Origin: a virus
DNA length: 64,000 nucleotides
Reading direction: 5' to 3' (one strand)
Virus record (IMG/VR): IMGVR_UViG_3300032069_000007
Span: 16,288 to 80,287 of that record
Shown: positions 20,101 to 27,541 of the stretch, piece after piece
Numbering within the stretch: position 1 is the first letter of the stretch
How the letters are laid out: every line of letters starts with the position of its first letter
Notes under the pieces: model-generated
Told to the model about the DNA's origin: nothing
The model's database searches: none
Seen by the model: only the letters and a program-made list of their open reading frames with translations
Translations under genes and position numbers: made by a program

Positions 20101-20424
20101 TCCGGTCAGGCGATCTCACAGAAGAAGATGATGCGCGAACAGGCCCGCTTCGCGGTCGATTCTAGCTGCCAGTTCGCGGTACTTGCCGCTCCGCAGGCGA
20201 TCGGGCGCAATATGGAGGCCGCCGGAGTCTTGGTACACGTCACGCTCCCGCCGGACGCCGGGTCGGAGAAGCAGCGGACAGGGCGCGCCTGGCGCGAGGG
20301 CCGGCAGGGAGATGTGAACGAGACGCTTTTCTATACCGACCAACATCCGTTTGATATGAGCCGCCTGCTGCAACTGAGGCGGACCGCAGGTCCGCTCGCC
20401 GCCATATCAGGAGGCCAACCGTGA
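14122..20424 (+). CDS. Polyvalent protein: RelA/SpoT-like nucleotidyltransferase + topoisomerase IB + Zn finger + SNF2 helicase
   Basis: RIK..TDILGGRI..GYCARH..AEVQV..SHPIYE (RelA/SpoT); FRVG, GKKG, KAFRT, LGNT, RSY (TopIB catalytic set); DLEVGGGKT, VADEAH, MTGT, QRTGRAWR (SF2/SNF2); ATG 14122 with AGGGAG SD. Confidence 0.85.
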   Translation: MAPTETAVKPVLDLHDLEKSRVRAYTRRGSSGQPVQVAEYQTKVQKRPQAPGGPRLTVARQPATRSARSRLASASSMRFPSRRRSAYRTSARTQSASQGERRSTASKEVLPSSSDSTQERQTVSPSKTQYVSSRSGTVRSTPKVIIPRTAAATTSAALSRRISNLESTGNGHEVAKYAAAIAAHLKDAPTPFKGTWEDKRQPTGDIPDLLQLAESAKPNFEASLGRIADRHGGASACRIKQEQTLRTRMRDKGRPADTVTDILGGRIITDDPAHIAPVLRELRELYPVVEDEDKFAHPTSFGYCARHVLVKLPSGLTAEVQVNLRESIEIQDVVSHPIYEELRAPKRRTVEERQALLAKVDEIRGRYAEVLRKATAALGLVVKSLVVRSVAAFQEAKHPRVPQGQRDAEGRTGGEFAPNRTGRYTRKVVTPRGNVVYVYPKRVAQARQSAKFRGMQKLAGKLPTIRTALSQDIRRRDLEERRVCAVAVALIDSLHFRVGTEGAETAGEPTYGVTTLLGDHVRNTDAKIIFQFRGKKGVQWSRELHKPDDPDLASAVEQILSGVGPDERVFRFRGARGLEPLTGYRVEKYLKRWNTTPKAFRTLHGSYLAHSALSQFVSQHRGQRQSRKQVKADIREVCSYVSAELGNTPAIAKRSYIMPEIIRSYIESEGTRVEPDLKMGKSLDVCQLWILANEHGQVRGFLHNATEHVERFADQLAKARVEKSDQEVEKSQLGLPYHLEGGVGSAHRGAKKRLGRRALIVRTGRQPKAAGDPDLSRKIKRIVGVVDTRQYEEIGDTWKPIAGSGTVNQCARCGKDHEVHATVELQDGTHAVVGTSCMKADNMEMALRFEKLDRAARRLRQLEAEKAKYDREVQQYQGALAEVRAMPKPPIEVVIAEDHPWSRYEYRMGEARCWGEKPDDPERRMCVTSNWETKELVKRGIPHGRRPYPLHEFDREIAKVKRRIEAVKAESEVEKSSLSRARKIVTEMYENLSSDATLEFAQDGEWYIVPRIEKAGAATAEPKQKEWWSGAATGDERWITVHPDPGSPENYRHVKVRLRPSGKWHIIAGGTGLEHEEIVPKHKLTPEERERYEERRKKMEGIRKEREKGLERLTEVREQHTSVKAEQMGIAPTLTEDTRRAVEHRAETRAEDAGLTGDDRDRFVARAVHEAETRHHAYVRRAWDRLYYQAHKIAQAEDPELAVGEIAKRHDEEEDRAADEAAGKVESSLREMIGKPASSGEPEAEEPKAEVAIAETERAQPIYRPPKVKPISSVEQAMKIISLEKQSRKMIAEGRKELAKLPEEELSGTGTLEQFQITAELADEQGAMAAAIRSVDDARRASLNSTLVRLADETFRSEEGAYERYGKKRYDIGRAQVTGALDALTGISTRFIGSSFIDRPLVEALGVEAAAMLATREILQKRGRLDLDDVIADMESYHAGEAMRIAQEAVAQHDELEGMRKTVDESSARALVEGGETGRLFSTAQALAFDGELNVDAVRHLGTAIGSLHASATVMAMLRAAKSGKGKLDELKVNITDEGDVALIDRMLHLRGHYKVTHDPETGTTSVLLNPKSLARYMKFAAKEREESDYAKALQNGTAKIDVSAAPEGWKDRYTSPIDRQERDFHWKPIQRRAQEFFLSQCTGDDGGALIDLEVGGGKTIMALGAMGFLRDQGKVQKMLYIAPQESLVGQVLGEVGGFTDWKSNQVRGGARASLDDIRGRYSDPSFVQVVSAPTVGADVRRLEQLGVNPSDFFRELGYDGMVADEAHKLVSGVGGGKNARALRRMRMRYNLAMTGTLVTNAISQPFDLVRWVAGAKVDSRAKILRKYGEVGLGTTAWQDAVNADVRQQVDRHTFHGAGTIKAKLYRNELKVGLSETQRQDLAQAVKADKVRRDEYAKSRPATPEKAEQARRKLDFDRDREVFEILHNRDWKQNDRLREIAKTIKRTVADNPSQKFILVADTDYGLSAIRSVTRMLADLGYGDRTALFASQDASGQAISQKKMMREQARFAVDSSCQFAVLAAPQAIGRNMEAAGVLVHVTLPPDAGSEKQRTGRAWREGRQGDVNETLFYTDQHPFDMSRLLQLRRTAGPLAAISGGQP
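14301..14531 (-). CDS. Nested antisense small acidic protein (76 aa), candidate antitoxin/immunity protein
   Basis: GTG 14531, GGGGGTG SD (14547-14541), TGg-TATAAT (14562-14554); the overlapped sense frame reads as Ser/Arg-rich low-complexity sequence. Confidence 0.6.
   Translation of the reverse strand: MPDRELTYWVLDGDTVCRSWVESEDEGKTSLDAVERRSPWDADWVRADVLYADLLRDGKRIDEAEANRLLAERVAG
14554..14562 (-). promoter_or_regulatory. Extended -10 promoter for the nested antisense gene
   Basis: TGGTATAAT on the minus strand; no clear -35. Confidence 0.55.
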
Positions 20425-20511
20425 CCGTTCGTGATAGAACGTGCGCGTTCATCCGCGCGGCGATCCGGGCCCACCTGAGACGCTATCGGGCATGGCCGAA
20501 GGGGGACAGCG

Positions 20512-20784
20512 GTGGCTGAAACAAAGCACCTATCGGGGCTCATCGCCCATCAGTCGCTCCTCACGCACCGGCTCGCAGGTCGCGAGAAGGACCTCGAGGA
20601 GCACATGGACAAGATCGAGCAGGCACTCAAAGTCAACGCCGAACGACAAGAAGGTTGCCGACGCCAGGGGAATCCGGAAGAGCTTTCGCGGCTTGTGGCA
20701 GACGAGAAGAGGCTCACGGCTGCTTACCAGCGACTTGCCGAAGTCGTGGGGCGCATTCATATCGCCCCAGTGAACGAGGAGTGA
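20512..20784 (+). CDS. Hypothetical coiled-coil protein
   Basis: GGGGG SD and GTG; helical heptad pattern. Confidence 0.6.
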   Translation: MAETKHLSGLIAHQSLLTHRLAGREKDLEEHMDKIEQALKVNAERQEGCRRQGNPEELSRLVADEKRLTAAYQRLAEVVGRIHIAPVNEE

Positions 20785-20790
20785 TAAACA

Positions 20791-21129
20791 ATGTTGATGC
20801 TTATGCTAAGCAAGGAAGAGCGGTCTGCCCTGATGCGGCAAGTAACCGAGCGGATGCGGACCGTCGTCAAGGACTATCGCCGGACGCACAACATCACTCA
20901 AGCTCGACTTGCACGCCAACTTGATTGTGGGAGTCCCGCCGTGATTGGCAACTACGAGAACGGCAAAACTATTCCCCATTTCTTCACGCTGACCCAACTG
21001 TTTCTGGTGTGCGTACAGAATGCCCCGGAAGATGTCCTCGACATGATGAGGCGTCTGGGTTTGCCGGTCGACGAGGCCCTAGTAGAGATCCGATCGGGAA
21101 GGGGGGTCCCCGAATGCCAGCGTGGTTGA
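20791..21129 (+). CDS. XRE-family HTH transcriptional regulator
   Basis: YRRTHNITQARLARQL..SPAVIGNYENGKTIP. Confidence 0.85.
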   Translation: MLMLMLSKEERSALMRQVTERMRTVVKDYRRTHNITQARLARQLDCGSPAVIGNYENGKTIPHFFTLTQLFLVCVQNAPEDVLDMMRRLGLPVDEALVEIRSGRGVPECQRG

Positions 21130-24062
21130 GAGCGGAAGACGAAGATAAGTGGGATAAGGCGAAGGCGGCGGCAAAGGAGTCCTATCCGGACATGAAGGAA
21201 GACGATGACCGCTACTGGGCTATCGTCACATCCATATTCAAGAAGATCGGAGGCAAGGCCGGAAAGAAGTCGCTTGCCGCGCCGACGATGGTGGTCGCCG
21301 TCGGGGGGTATGATCCGCTGTTCAAGTCCGAGCGGCCATCGGTTACCGAACAGGGCGATAAGTTGTACATCCGCACCCCGTACCACACTGGCTTCATAGG
21401 CGACATCAGGGACATTCCCGGTCGGAGATGGGATCCGGACCGCAAGGTCTGGATCGTCGGCAAGGAGCACAGAGAACGGGTCGACGGCATCATAGGCAAG
21501 CATTTCCGGGAAGAGGAGCACCCGCGCGCTCCTGCTGGCCTGCCCGAAGGTGGCCAATTTGTACCCAAGGAGGGCATTGGGGCCAAGGGCCAACAACAAG
21601 CACAACCGTCGGGGGGCACGGTCGAGGGGGCGAAGGAGCCACCCACGCAGAAACAACTGGACTATATGGGCAAGTTGGTTGCGGAGCTAAGACAGGATTT
21701 GACCGATCGGCGGTTTAGTCCGCCGACGTACAATCACGGCCCGTTGCCGTTTGAGAAGCAAGCAATCCTCAATCTAAGCGATGCCTTAGAGGCGCGGCAA
21801 CCTTCCCAGAGGCTTATCGAATACATCGACCGCCGATTAGCCAGCAGTCTCTTGGAGGCTATCGAATCTATGCACGACATGCCAAGGCGGCAAGCCTCCC
21901 TCGTGATCGACGCACTCCGCAGTGGTTCCCTCCGCCAACTCGCCCAAGCGGTTGCGAACACACCGGGTTATTCGGAGGAGGCGTTTGAGGGCGCTAAGCG
22001 ACGGCTCGACGCTCGCAGCGTCGACATCGTGAAGGAACTGGCCCAAGAACTCGGGGTTACGTTGACTCCGAGTGATGCTCAGCCCAGTAAGTCCTTGCGC
22101 CTCGTGCTCAAGGGGCAGTTATTCGGAACGGGCGTCCCGACCATCTACATAGTCCGCCACGGCAAGACCCACATGAACGGGGAGGGTGAACAGCCGGATC
22201 TCGTCCGCGGCTGGCTCGACCCACCGCTCGACGAAAAGGGCAAAGATGAGGCGAATAGGCTCGCAAAGGTCTTCGATTCAGTCCCGCTCACCAAGGTGTA
22301 CACTTCCGATCTCAAACGATCAGAGGAGACCGCCAAGGTAATAGCTGCCGAGACGTCTGCGCCCATAGAGGTCTCTAGGGCCTTCCGGCCCTGGAACCTT
22401 GGCCGTCTTCAGGGATCCAGCTCCAGGCAGTCCACGCCCACCATCCGAAAGTTCGCAGGACAGAATCCCACTACTCCCGTGCCAGATGGCGAGTCCTTCG
22501 AGGACTTCAAACACCGTTTCTTGGATGGCCTCAAGGGGCTAATGGACGATCTGGAGTCCGGGAAACCGCGCAGCGTCGTTATCGTGACCCACTATCGCAA
22601 CCTGAAGCTCGCACACGCCTGGGCCGCCGATGGCGGCAAGGCCGAGAAGGTCGACGTGAAGACTTTCCTCGCTGACGATATGCCGACCGGATATATCGGC
22701 AAGCTAACCTACGAAGGCGGCAAGTGGCATTTCGGAGCTGCGGAGGCGCAGATAGACGGAGCGATGCCCGAGGCCAAGAAATCTGTTTGCGGAACATTGG
22801 TAGTCGTTCTTCCTTCCAAGCGTGCGCCGGGTCCTCGGTTGGTGCTGAAGGGCCACAAGTTGCACTACCAGACGGACTTCCAGGGGATCTCCGTGTCCGT
22901 TGAGAATCGCAAGGGCAGCATCCGCCGGGGCAAGCAGAAAGGTGGCAAGGAGTGGGAAATGAAGATGTTCTACCTGTACGGCCGGATCCCGTACACCAAG
23001 GGCAAGGACGGCGAGGCCGTTGACTGCTTCATCGGCCCAAACAAGGAAAGCCAGAAGGTCTTCGTTATTCACCAGCGGACGCCAGACGGCAAGCACTATG
23101 ATGAGGACAAGTGCATGCTCGGGTTTGACGATGAGGAGCACGCCCGCGACGCTTTTCTGGCGCACTACGACTCACAGAAGTTCCTCGGCGAGATCACGGA
23201 GATGGGCATTGACAAGTTCAAGGAGAAGCTCAGTGAGACCCGCGAGTCCCCTAAGATGATAAAGAGTTTGCCGCAGCAGATCATCGTCCAGAAGTGGCGC
23301 AAGATAAAAGTCAAGGATGGCTTGACCATTCGAGTCCCTGGGGGGCCGCCAGTGGCGCCCAAGGGCAAATGCTATAAGCTAGTCATCGCTGAGGGCGCGG
23401 CGATTCAATGCTTCGCCCGGAAGGCTGATGCGGCGCGAGCGGCCAGGAAGATGAACGGCCAGGACCTGTGCGGCTTCTCATACGTGGACATCCCGACGTA
23501 CCCGGACGGCAGAAAGGTTCGGGTCCACAAAGCGTGGCCGGAAGGGTCCCGTGTAGGAAGTTCCAAGGATGTCCACCGGGCCCTAAAGGAGATGGGGCAC
23601 GAGGTCATCACTGGCAAGGGCGGGTTTCACATCAGGGGCAAGGGTTTTGTCTCGCTCGCCCAAGCGCGCAGGATGACCGGGATAAAGGCACCCAAGCGGA
23701 ACTTTCGCGGGAGGATCGGGCCGTACGGGGATCTGGCCTGGGTAGCGGCGATCAACAGGGTCCGGGTCGGCAAGGCGCTGGATAACCCAATTCCCGTTGT
23801 GTTGGTCGAGAAAAGCGACAAGACTGAGGGCATGACGATCCGCATAAAGCACCTTACGCCGGAACAGAAGGAGCGCATCGCGAACTTGATGGGTCCCTGG
23901 CAGTGGATGGGCCACGTTGGGACATCGCGGCCAACGGTGTTCTTCGCCGATGGGGACCGCGACTTTGGTCCGCAGGTCGAGGTAGACGGAGCACGGGTTG
24001 GAGGATTAACCCCAGATCTCGGCAAGCAGTACGAGGCGCACAAGGGCGTATTCGAGGTTTAG
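21114..24062 (+). CDS. Polyvalent protein: HARP-like + histidine phosphatase + inorganic pyrophosphatase-like domains
   Basis: ATG 21114; IPGRRWDPDRKVW (HARP-like); IYIVRHGKT..TSDLKRS..GES..VTH (His phosphatase); VENRKGS..YGRI..KDGEAVDCFIG..DEDKCMLGF (phage PPase-like). Confidence 0.8.
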   Translation: MPAWLRAEDEDKWDKAKAAAKESYPDMKEDDDRYWAIVTSIFKKIGGKAGKKSLAAPTMVVAVGGYDPLFKSERPSVTEQGDKLYIRTPYHTGFIGDIRDIPGRRWDPDRKVWIVGKEHRERVDGIIGKHFREEEHPRAPAGLPEGGQFVPKEGIGAKGQQQAQPSGGTVEGAKEPPTQKQLDYMGKLVAELRQDLTDRRFSPPTYNHGPLPFEKQAILNLSDALEARQPSQRLIEYIDRRLASSLLEAIESMHDMPRRQASLVIDALRSGSLRQLAQAVANTPGYSEEAFEGAKRRLDARSVDIVKELAQELGVTLTPSDAQPSKSLRLVLKGQLFGTGVPTIYIVRHGKTHMNGEGEQPDLVRGWLDPPLDEKGKDEANRLAKVFDSVPLTKVYTSDLKRSEETAKVIAAETSAPIEVSRAFRPWNLGRLQGSSSRQSTPTIRKFAGQNPTTPVPDGESFEDFKHRFLDGLKGLMDDLESGKPRSVVIVTHYRNLKLAHAWAADGGKAEKVDVKTFLADDMPTGYIGKLTYEGGKWHFGAAEAQIDGAMPEAKKSVCGTLVVVLPSKRAPGPRLVLKGHKLHYQTDFQGISVSVENRKGSIRRGKQKGGKEWEMKMFYLYGRIPYTKGKDGEAVDCFIGPNKESQKVFVIHQRTPDGKHYDEDKCMLGFDDEEHARDAFLAHYDSQKFLGEITEMGIDKFKEKLSETRESPKMIKSLPQQIIVQKWRKIKVKDGLTIRVPGGPPVAPKGKCYKLVIAEGAAIQCFARKADAARAARKMNGQDLCGFSYVDIPTYPDGRKVRVHKAWPEGSRVGSSKDVHRALKEMGHEVITGKGGFHIRGKGFVSLAQARRMTGIKAPKRNFRGRIGPYGDLAWVAAINRVRVGKALDNPIPVVLVEKSDKTEGMTIRIKHLTPEQKERIANLMGPWQWMGHVGTSRPTVFFADGDRDFGPQVEVDGARVGGLTPDLGKQYEAHKGVFEV

Positions 24063-24065
24063 AGA

Positions 24066-24263
24066 ATGCCAATGCCGAGCCGACACGTTTGCGCCGGATG
24101 CCGTCATCTTCGCGAGTGGCCCCGTTGCGCGGCTTTTCCAGGGGGCATACCGCAGGAGATACAGCGGCAGGAACACTTTCACATCGCGCCCTATCCGGGC
24201 GATCGAGGAATACACTTTGAGCGGAACAAAGAGATCAGGCATGAGAACCGAAGAGCTGCGTAA
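24066..24263 (+). CDS. Small Cys/His metal-binding protein
   Basis: CxxCxH..CAAFPGGIPQEI..H..PYPGDRGIHFE pattern. Confidence 0.7.
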   Translation: MPMPSRHVCAGCRHLREWPRCAAFPGGIPQEIQRQEHFHIAPYPGDRGIHFERNKEIRHENRRAA

Positions 24264-27009
24264 GAGCCACGTCAAAGGCCACTGGCGCAAGACGGGGAGG
24301 GGCAACAGGGTCTACGTCCGCCCTTACGACACTAAGGTTCAGAAGAAGCCGACAGAAGGAGCCGGGCGCCCGAATTACCCCCGAATTAGCCCCGAATTAC
24401 CCCCGAGTGCCCTCGCCCATCCGGAAATGGCCGCGGCCGTCGCCGCACCAGTCCTAGAACGCACCGGCCTGCTCGATGAGAACAAGAAGTACCGCCTGGC
24501 CTACAACGCCGATGCCGGCATGATGTGGACCTTGCTCAGGCAGCAGCACTACAAATTCCCCGTTGCGGCCGCCGGGACAATTCGTGAGACCCTTCAGAAC
24601 TCGCTGGACGCCATTCGGAAGCGGATCGACGCCGGGGAGATAACCGAAGGTCGGTATTCGGTCACCTGGGACCCTGACGAGGATCGCCCCGGCTTCGGCA
24701 AGCTCACCATCGAGGATAACGGCGGCGGGATGGGAATAGACCAGATTCAGGATCTTTACCTGACGGCTGGCGGTTCCGGCAAGCGCGGAGACAAAGGCAC
24801 TCTCGGCGGTTTCGGAGTTGCCAAGGTCATCATACTCGGCACGGTTGCGACGTCCGAGGCTGAACTCCTTGATGACCAGAAGGGAAAGACTGGCCGCTGG
24901 ACGCTCGAGAGCCGCGACTACCGGATCACGAGCGATATGATGGGCCGGGCGGACATTCGCGGCAAGGAACTGAAGACTGACAGTTACCTCGATGGTCTGA
25001 AGCTGACCTTCGAGGGGTTCATCCAGGGTATGGACAAGTGGGGGGCAGATCAGGCCCTCAAGCAAGCCATCGAGCTAAGCGAGTTCCCCGACGACGTGAA
25101 AGTGACGTTCAACGGGACCGAACTGCCATCGAAGTTGACGCTCTCTCCCGAAAACGAAAGCCCGTACAGTCTCCCGGAGGTGAAGGGCAACACGGTCGCA
25201 TTGCACTGGGTTGCTGATGACAGGCTGTATGGCCTACAGACGGCCGTCCGCTTTTGCAAGGGCGACCAGAAGTTGTTTCAGTTCGTGGAGTCGCGAGGCG
25301 GCCCGATCGCTGGCTGGCTCGTAGTAGACGTCACGACACCTCACGCGCCAGCCGATGACGACTATCCCTTCAACACTGCGCGGTGCGCGCTGTCCTCAGA
25401 GATGAGAGAAGCGGTCAACGCCGTCGTGCAACATTACATCGCGGACCCGCTCTCGGCGACACTGCCCCCGCCGGACTACCAGAACGTCATGCGCATCTCC
25501 GCACACGACCGCCGGAACACGACAGGTCGGACAATTGTGCTCCGCGGCGAGAAGGGCCACCCCCTGACCGATTACGATTGGAAGAAGCACCAGACTGTTG
25601 TCAAACTGTGGGGCGATTTGGTCGAATCACTCTACAGGCAGGCGGGATATGAGGCGATGCCGGAGGTCGGGATCGACACACAAGAAGAACACGATGCCTG
25701 TCACATGAGCAACCCGGACGGCACGTACGAGATCCTCCTGAATCCAGAGCACTTTCCAGAGCATTCCGAACCGATCACGCAGGCATTCTGGCTCAGGGAC
25801 ACCCTGATCCACGAAATGACGCACCGTAAGCGGCACGAGCACGACGAGTTCTTCGCAGCAGAAGAGAATTTGCTTCGCCATCGCCTCTCGGACCCGGAGG
25901 TGCTGGCCCGGACGTTCGCGGCGCTGGCGCCGTTAGGCGACATAGGGTTCAAACTGCCGGAATCGCGGCGGGAGGCGGGGGAAGCACTTTATCGCGGACA
26001 GGCGGAGGGGTTTTATCCTAACGGGGTGTTCACGAACTACGAGGGTCATATTCGCCAGGAGCTGGCCGACCTCTACGAGGACTACAAGCATGACCTGCCA
26101 GCACCGACAGAGGAAGAGGACCTGACCTACAGCCTCCAGTTCGACCCCGGATACGAGGTGGACCCCCTCCGTGGACCGAGGCTGTTCACGCAGGATTGGT
26201 GGCAGAAGTGGTTCGAGTACCAAAAGGCGGACGACCTGTACCAAAACCCAAGCAGCGACAAGGCCAGAGCGATCATCCGGCGGGGGTTGCTGTACGGACT
26301 CGCGCTGCTCGTAGCCGGGGCGCAAGAAAGGTACAGAGCGCTGGAGGAGGGCATGCAAGACATTCCAATGGCGCAGAGGAATGCGGCGCAAGAGTCGGAT
26401 CCCAAGGGCTACTATCACCATCGCCTTGCGACGTTGCAACTTCACGCGAGAACCGCAGATGTTTGGAGGAGCTACTTTCAGACCCTCCCGGCGAAGGTCG
26501 CCAGGCTACTCATGATCGAGCCAACCGTATTCGCCAAGCCGGAACCGCTGGGCACTGCCCGCCAAGCTACCCGGGCGCTCGTCGAGTCGGCGGCCGAGAA
26601 GGTGAGCGATCTCTTCTGGCGCAAATCAACAACGGCCAGCGACCCGCAAAAGTCCGACCTCTGGGATGAGGCACACCGCGCTGTGCAGCCAGGGAATTGG
26701 CGCTGGGCAGACAAGATGGAGACGTTCTCTTGGCTTGAGAAGACTGGCCTGGTCGGTGCTGACAATGCTGATCTGGTAGTCGAATACTTCCACGGGCTGG
26801 CGGGCGCCGCTGACCTGCGTGCGCGAGATCACGAAAGCCAGCAGAGCAAGGCCGAGGCGCTGGCTTACAAGGCGACGGCGGATGCGATCGCCCTGGCCTG
26901 CCGAGGCAAATCGCCAGGCCGGACCGAAGACAAGCAGCCCGTGCTTTTCTCTCTGGGTCCATTGCCAGCCTTGTTCGGCTTGAATGAGGAAGCAGAGAGG
27001 GCAGACTGA
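24241..27009 (+). CDS. GHKL (Hsp90/MORC/TopoVIB-like) ATPase + HExxH metallopeptidase-like protein
   Basis: IRETLQNSLDA, IEDNGGGM, GGSGK..GGFGVAK; LIHEMTH..HDEFF; starts with LRKSHVKGHWR. Confidence 0.8.
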   Translation: MRTEELRKSHVKGHWRKTGRGNRVYVRPYDTKVQKKPTEGAGRPNYPRISPELPPSALAHPEMAAAVAAPVLERTGLLDENKKYRLAYNADAGMMWTLLRQQHYKFPVAAAGTIRETLQNSLDAIRKRIDAGEITEGRYSVTWDPDEDRPGFGKLTIEDNGGGMGIDQIQDLYLTAGGSGKRGDKGTLGGFGVAKVIILGTVATSEAELLDDQKGKTGRWTLESRDYRITSDMMGRADIRGKELKTDSYLDGLKLTFEGFIQGMDKWGADQALKQAIELSEFPDDVKVTFNGTELPSKLTLSPENESPYSLPEVKGNTVALHWVADDRLYGLQTAVRFCKGDQKLFQFVESRGGPIAGWLVVDVTTPHAPADDDYPFNTARCALSSEMREAVNAVVQHYIADPLSATLPPPDYQNVMRISAHDRRNTTGRTIVLRGEKGHPLTDYDWKKHQTVVKLWGDLVESLYRQAGYEAMPEVGIDTQEEHDACHMSNPDGTYEILLNPEHFPEHSEPITQAFWLRDTLIHEMTHRKRHEHDEFFAAEENLLRHRLSDPEVLARTFAALAPLGDIGFKLPESRREAGEALYRGQAEGFYPNGVFTNYEGHIRQELADLYEDYKHDLPAPTEEEDLTYSLQFDPGYEVDPLRGPRLFTQDWWQKWFEYQKADDLYQNPSSDKARAIIRRGLLYGLALLVAGAQERYRALEEGMQDIPMAQRNAAQESDPKGYYHHRLATLQLHARTADVWRSYFQTLPAKVARLLMIEPTVFAKPEPLGTARQATRALVESAAEKVSDLFWRKSTTASDPQKSDLWDEAHRAVQPGNWRWADKMETFSWLEKTGLVGADNADLVVEYFHGLAGAADLRARDHESQQSKAEALAYKATADAIALACRGKSPGRTEDKQPVLFSLGPLPALFGLNEEAERAD
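24369..24407. repeat. 11-bp tandem repeat (about 3.5 copies) inside a CDS
   Basis: CCCGAATTACC CCCGAATTAGC CCCGAATTACC CCCGAG. Confidence 0.8.
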
Positions 27010-27260
27010 TGGTTGCCGGAAGCAGTCTAAGAGGTCTCAGGCCCGTACCGGGGGCACCGGGCCTGGACTGGGCGCGAATGGAAGTGTTTGAGGGCTGGCT
27101 CGTGTTTATCACGGACCAGATGAACTATGTCCAGTTCTTTGTCCCAATGGTCGCCGTACCCTCTGCGAGGTCTGTAGAATTCGCGGACGGCCTCGATTGG
27201 TGCCCGCCAGACGCCGTGACCACCGTGCTCGCTGAGTTGAGAAGGGAAGTGCTGAATTGA
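27009..27260 (+). CDS. Hypothetical protein
   Basis: TGATG overlap with the upstream gene; stop overlaps the next start. Confidence 0.6.
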   Translation: MVAGSSLRGLRPVPGAPGLDWARMEVFEGWLVFITDQMNYVQFFVPMVAVPSARSVEFADGLDWCPPDAVTTVLAELRREVLN

Positions 27261-27541
27261 CTGTACAATATGACACTCCACCGGACATGATGCCGGAGAT
27301 CAACCGCCTTCTGGTGCTCGCCGTCGGGTCGGTGAGGAGGGCGCATTTCGCGCAGGTGTTCCGGGCCGAGGTCGGGCCGCTGTTCGAGGGCCTGTCGAGC
27401 CTCCGGTACGACCAGATCGAGGAAGCGTTCCTGGACCAGATGGAGGCGGCATTCGACCTAGCTGGCAGTGTGCGGGATGCCTTTCAACTTAGAGATCGAT
27501 TGACAGCGGAGAGTGACCCACAAGATGGCAACCGTGGTTAA
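27257..27541 (+). CDS. Hypothetical protein
   Basis: Start overlaps the upstream stop; helical composition. Confidence 0.55.
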   Translation: MTVQYDTPPDMMPEINRLLVLAVGSVRRAHFAQVFRAEVGPLFEGLSSLRYDQIEEAFLDQMEAAFDLAGSVRDAFQLRDRLTAESDPQDGNRG

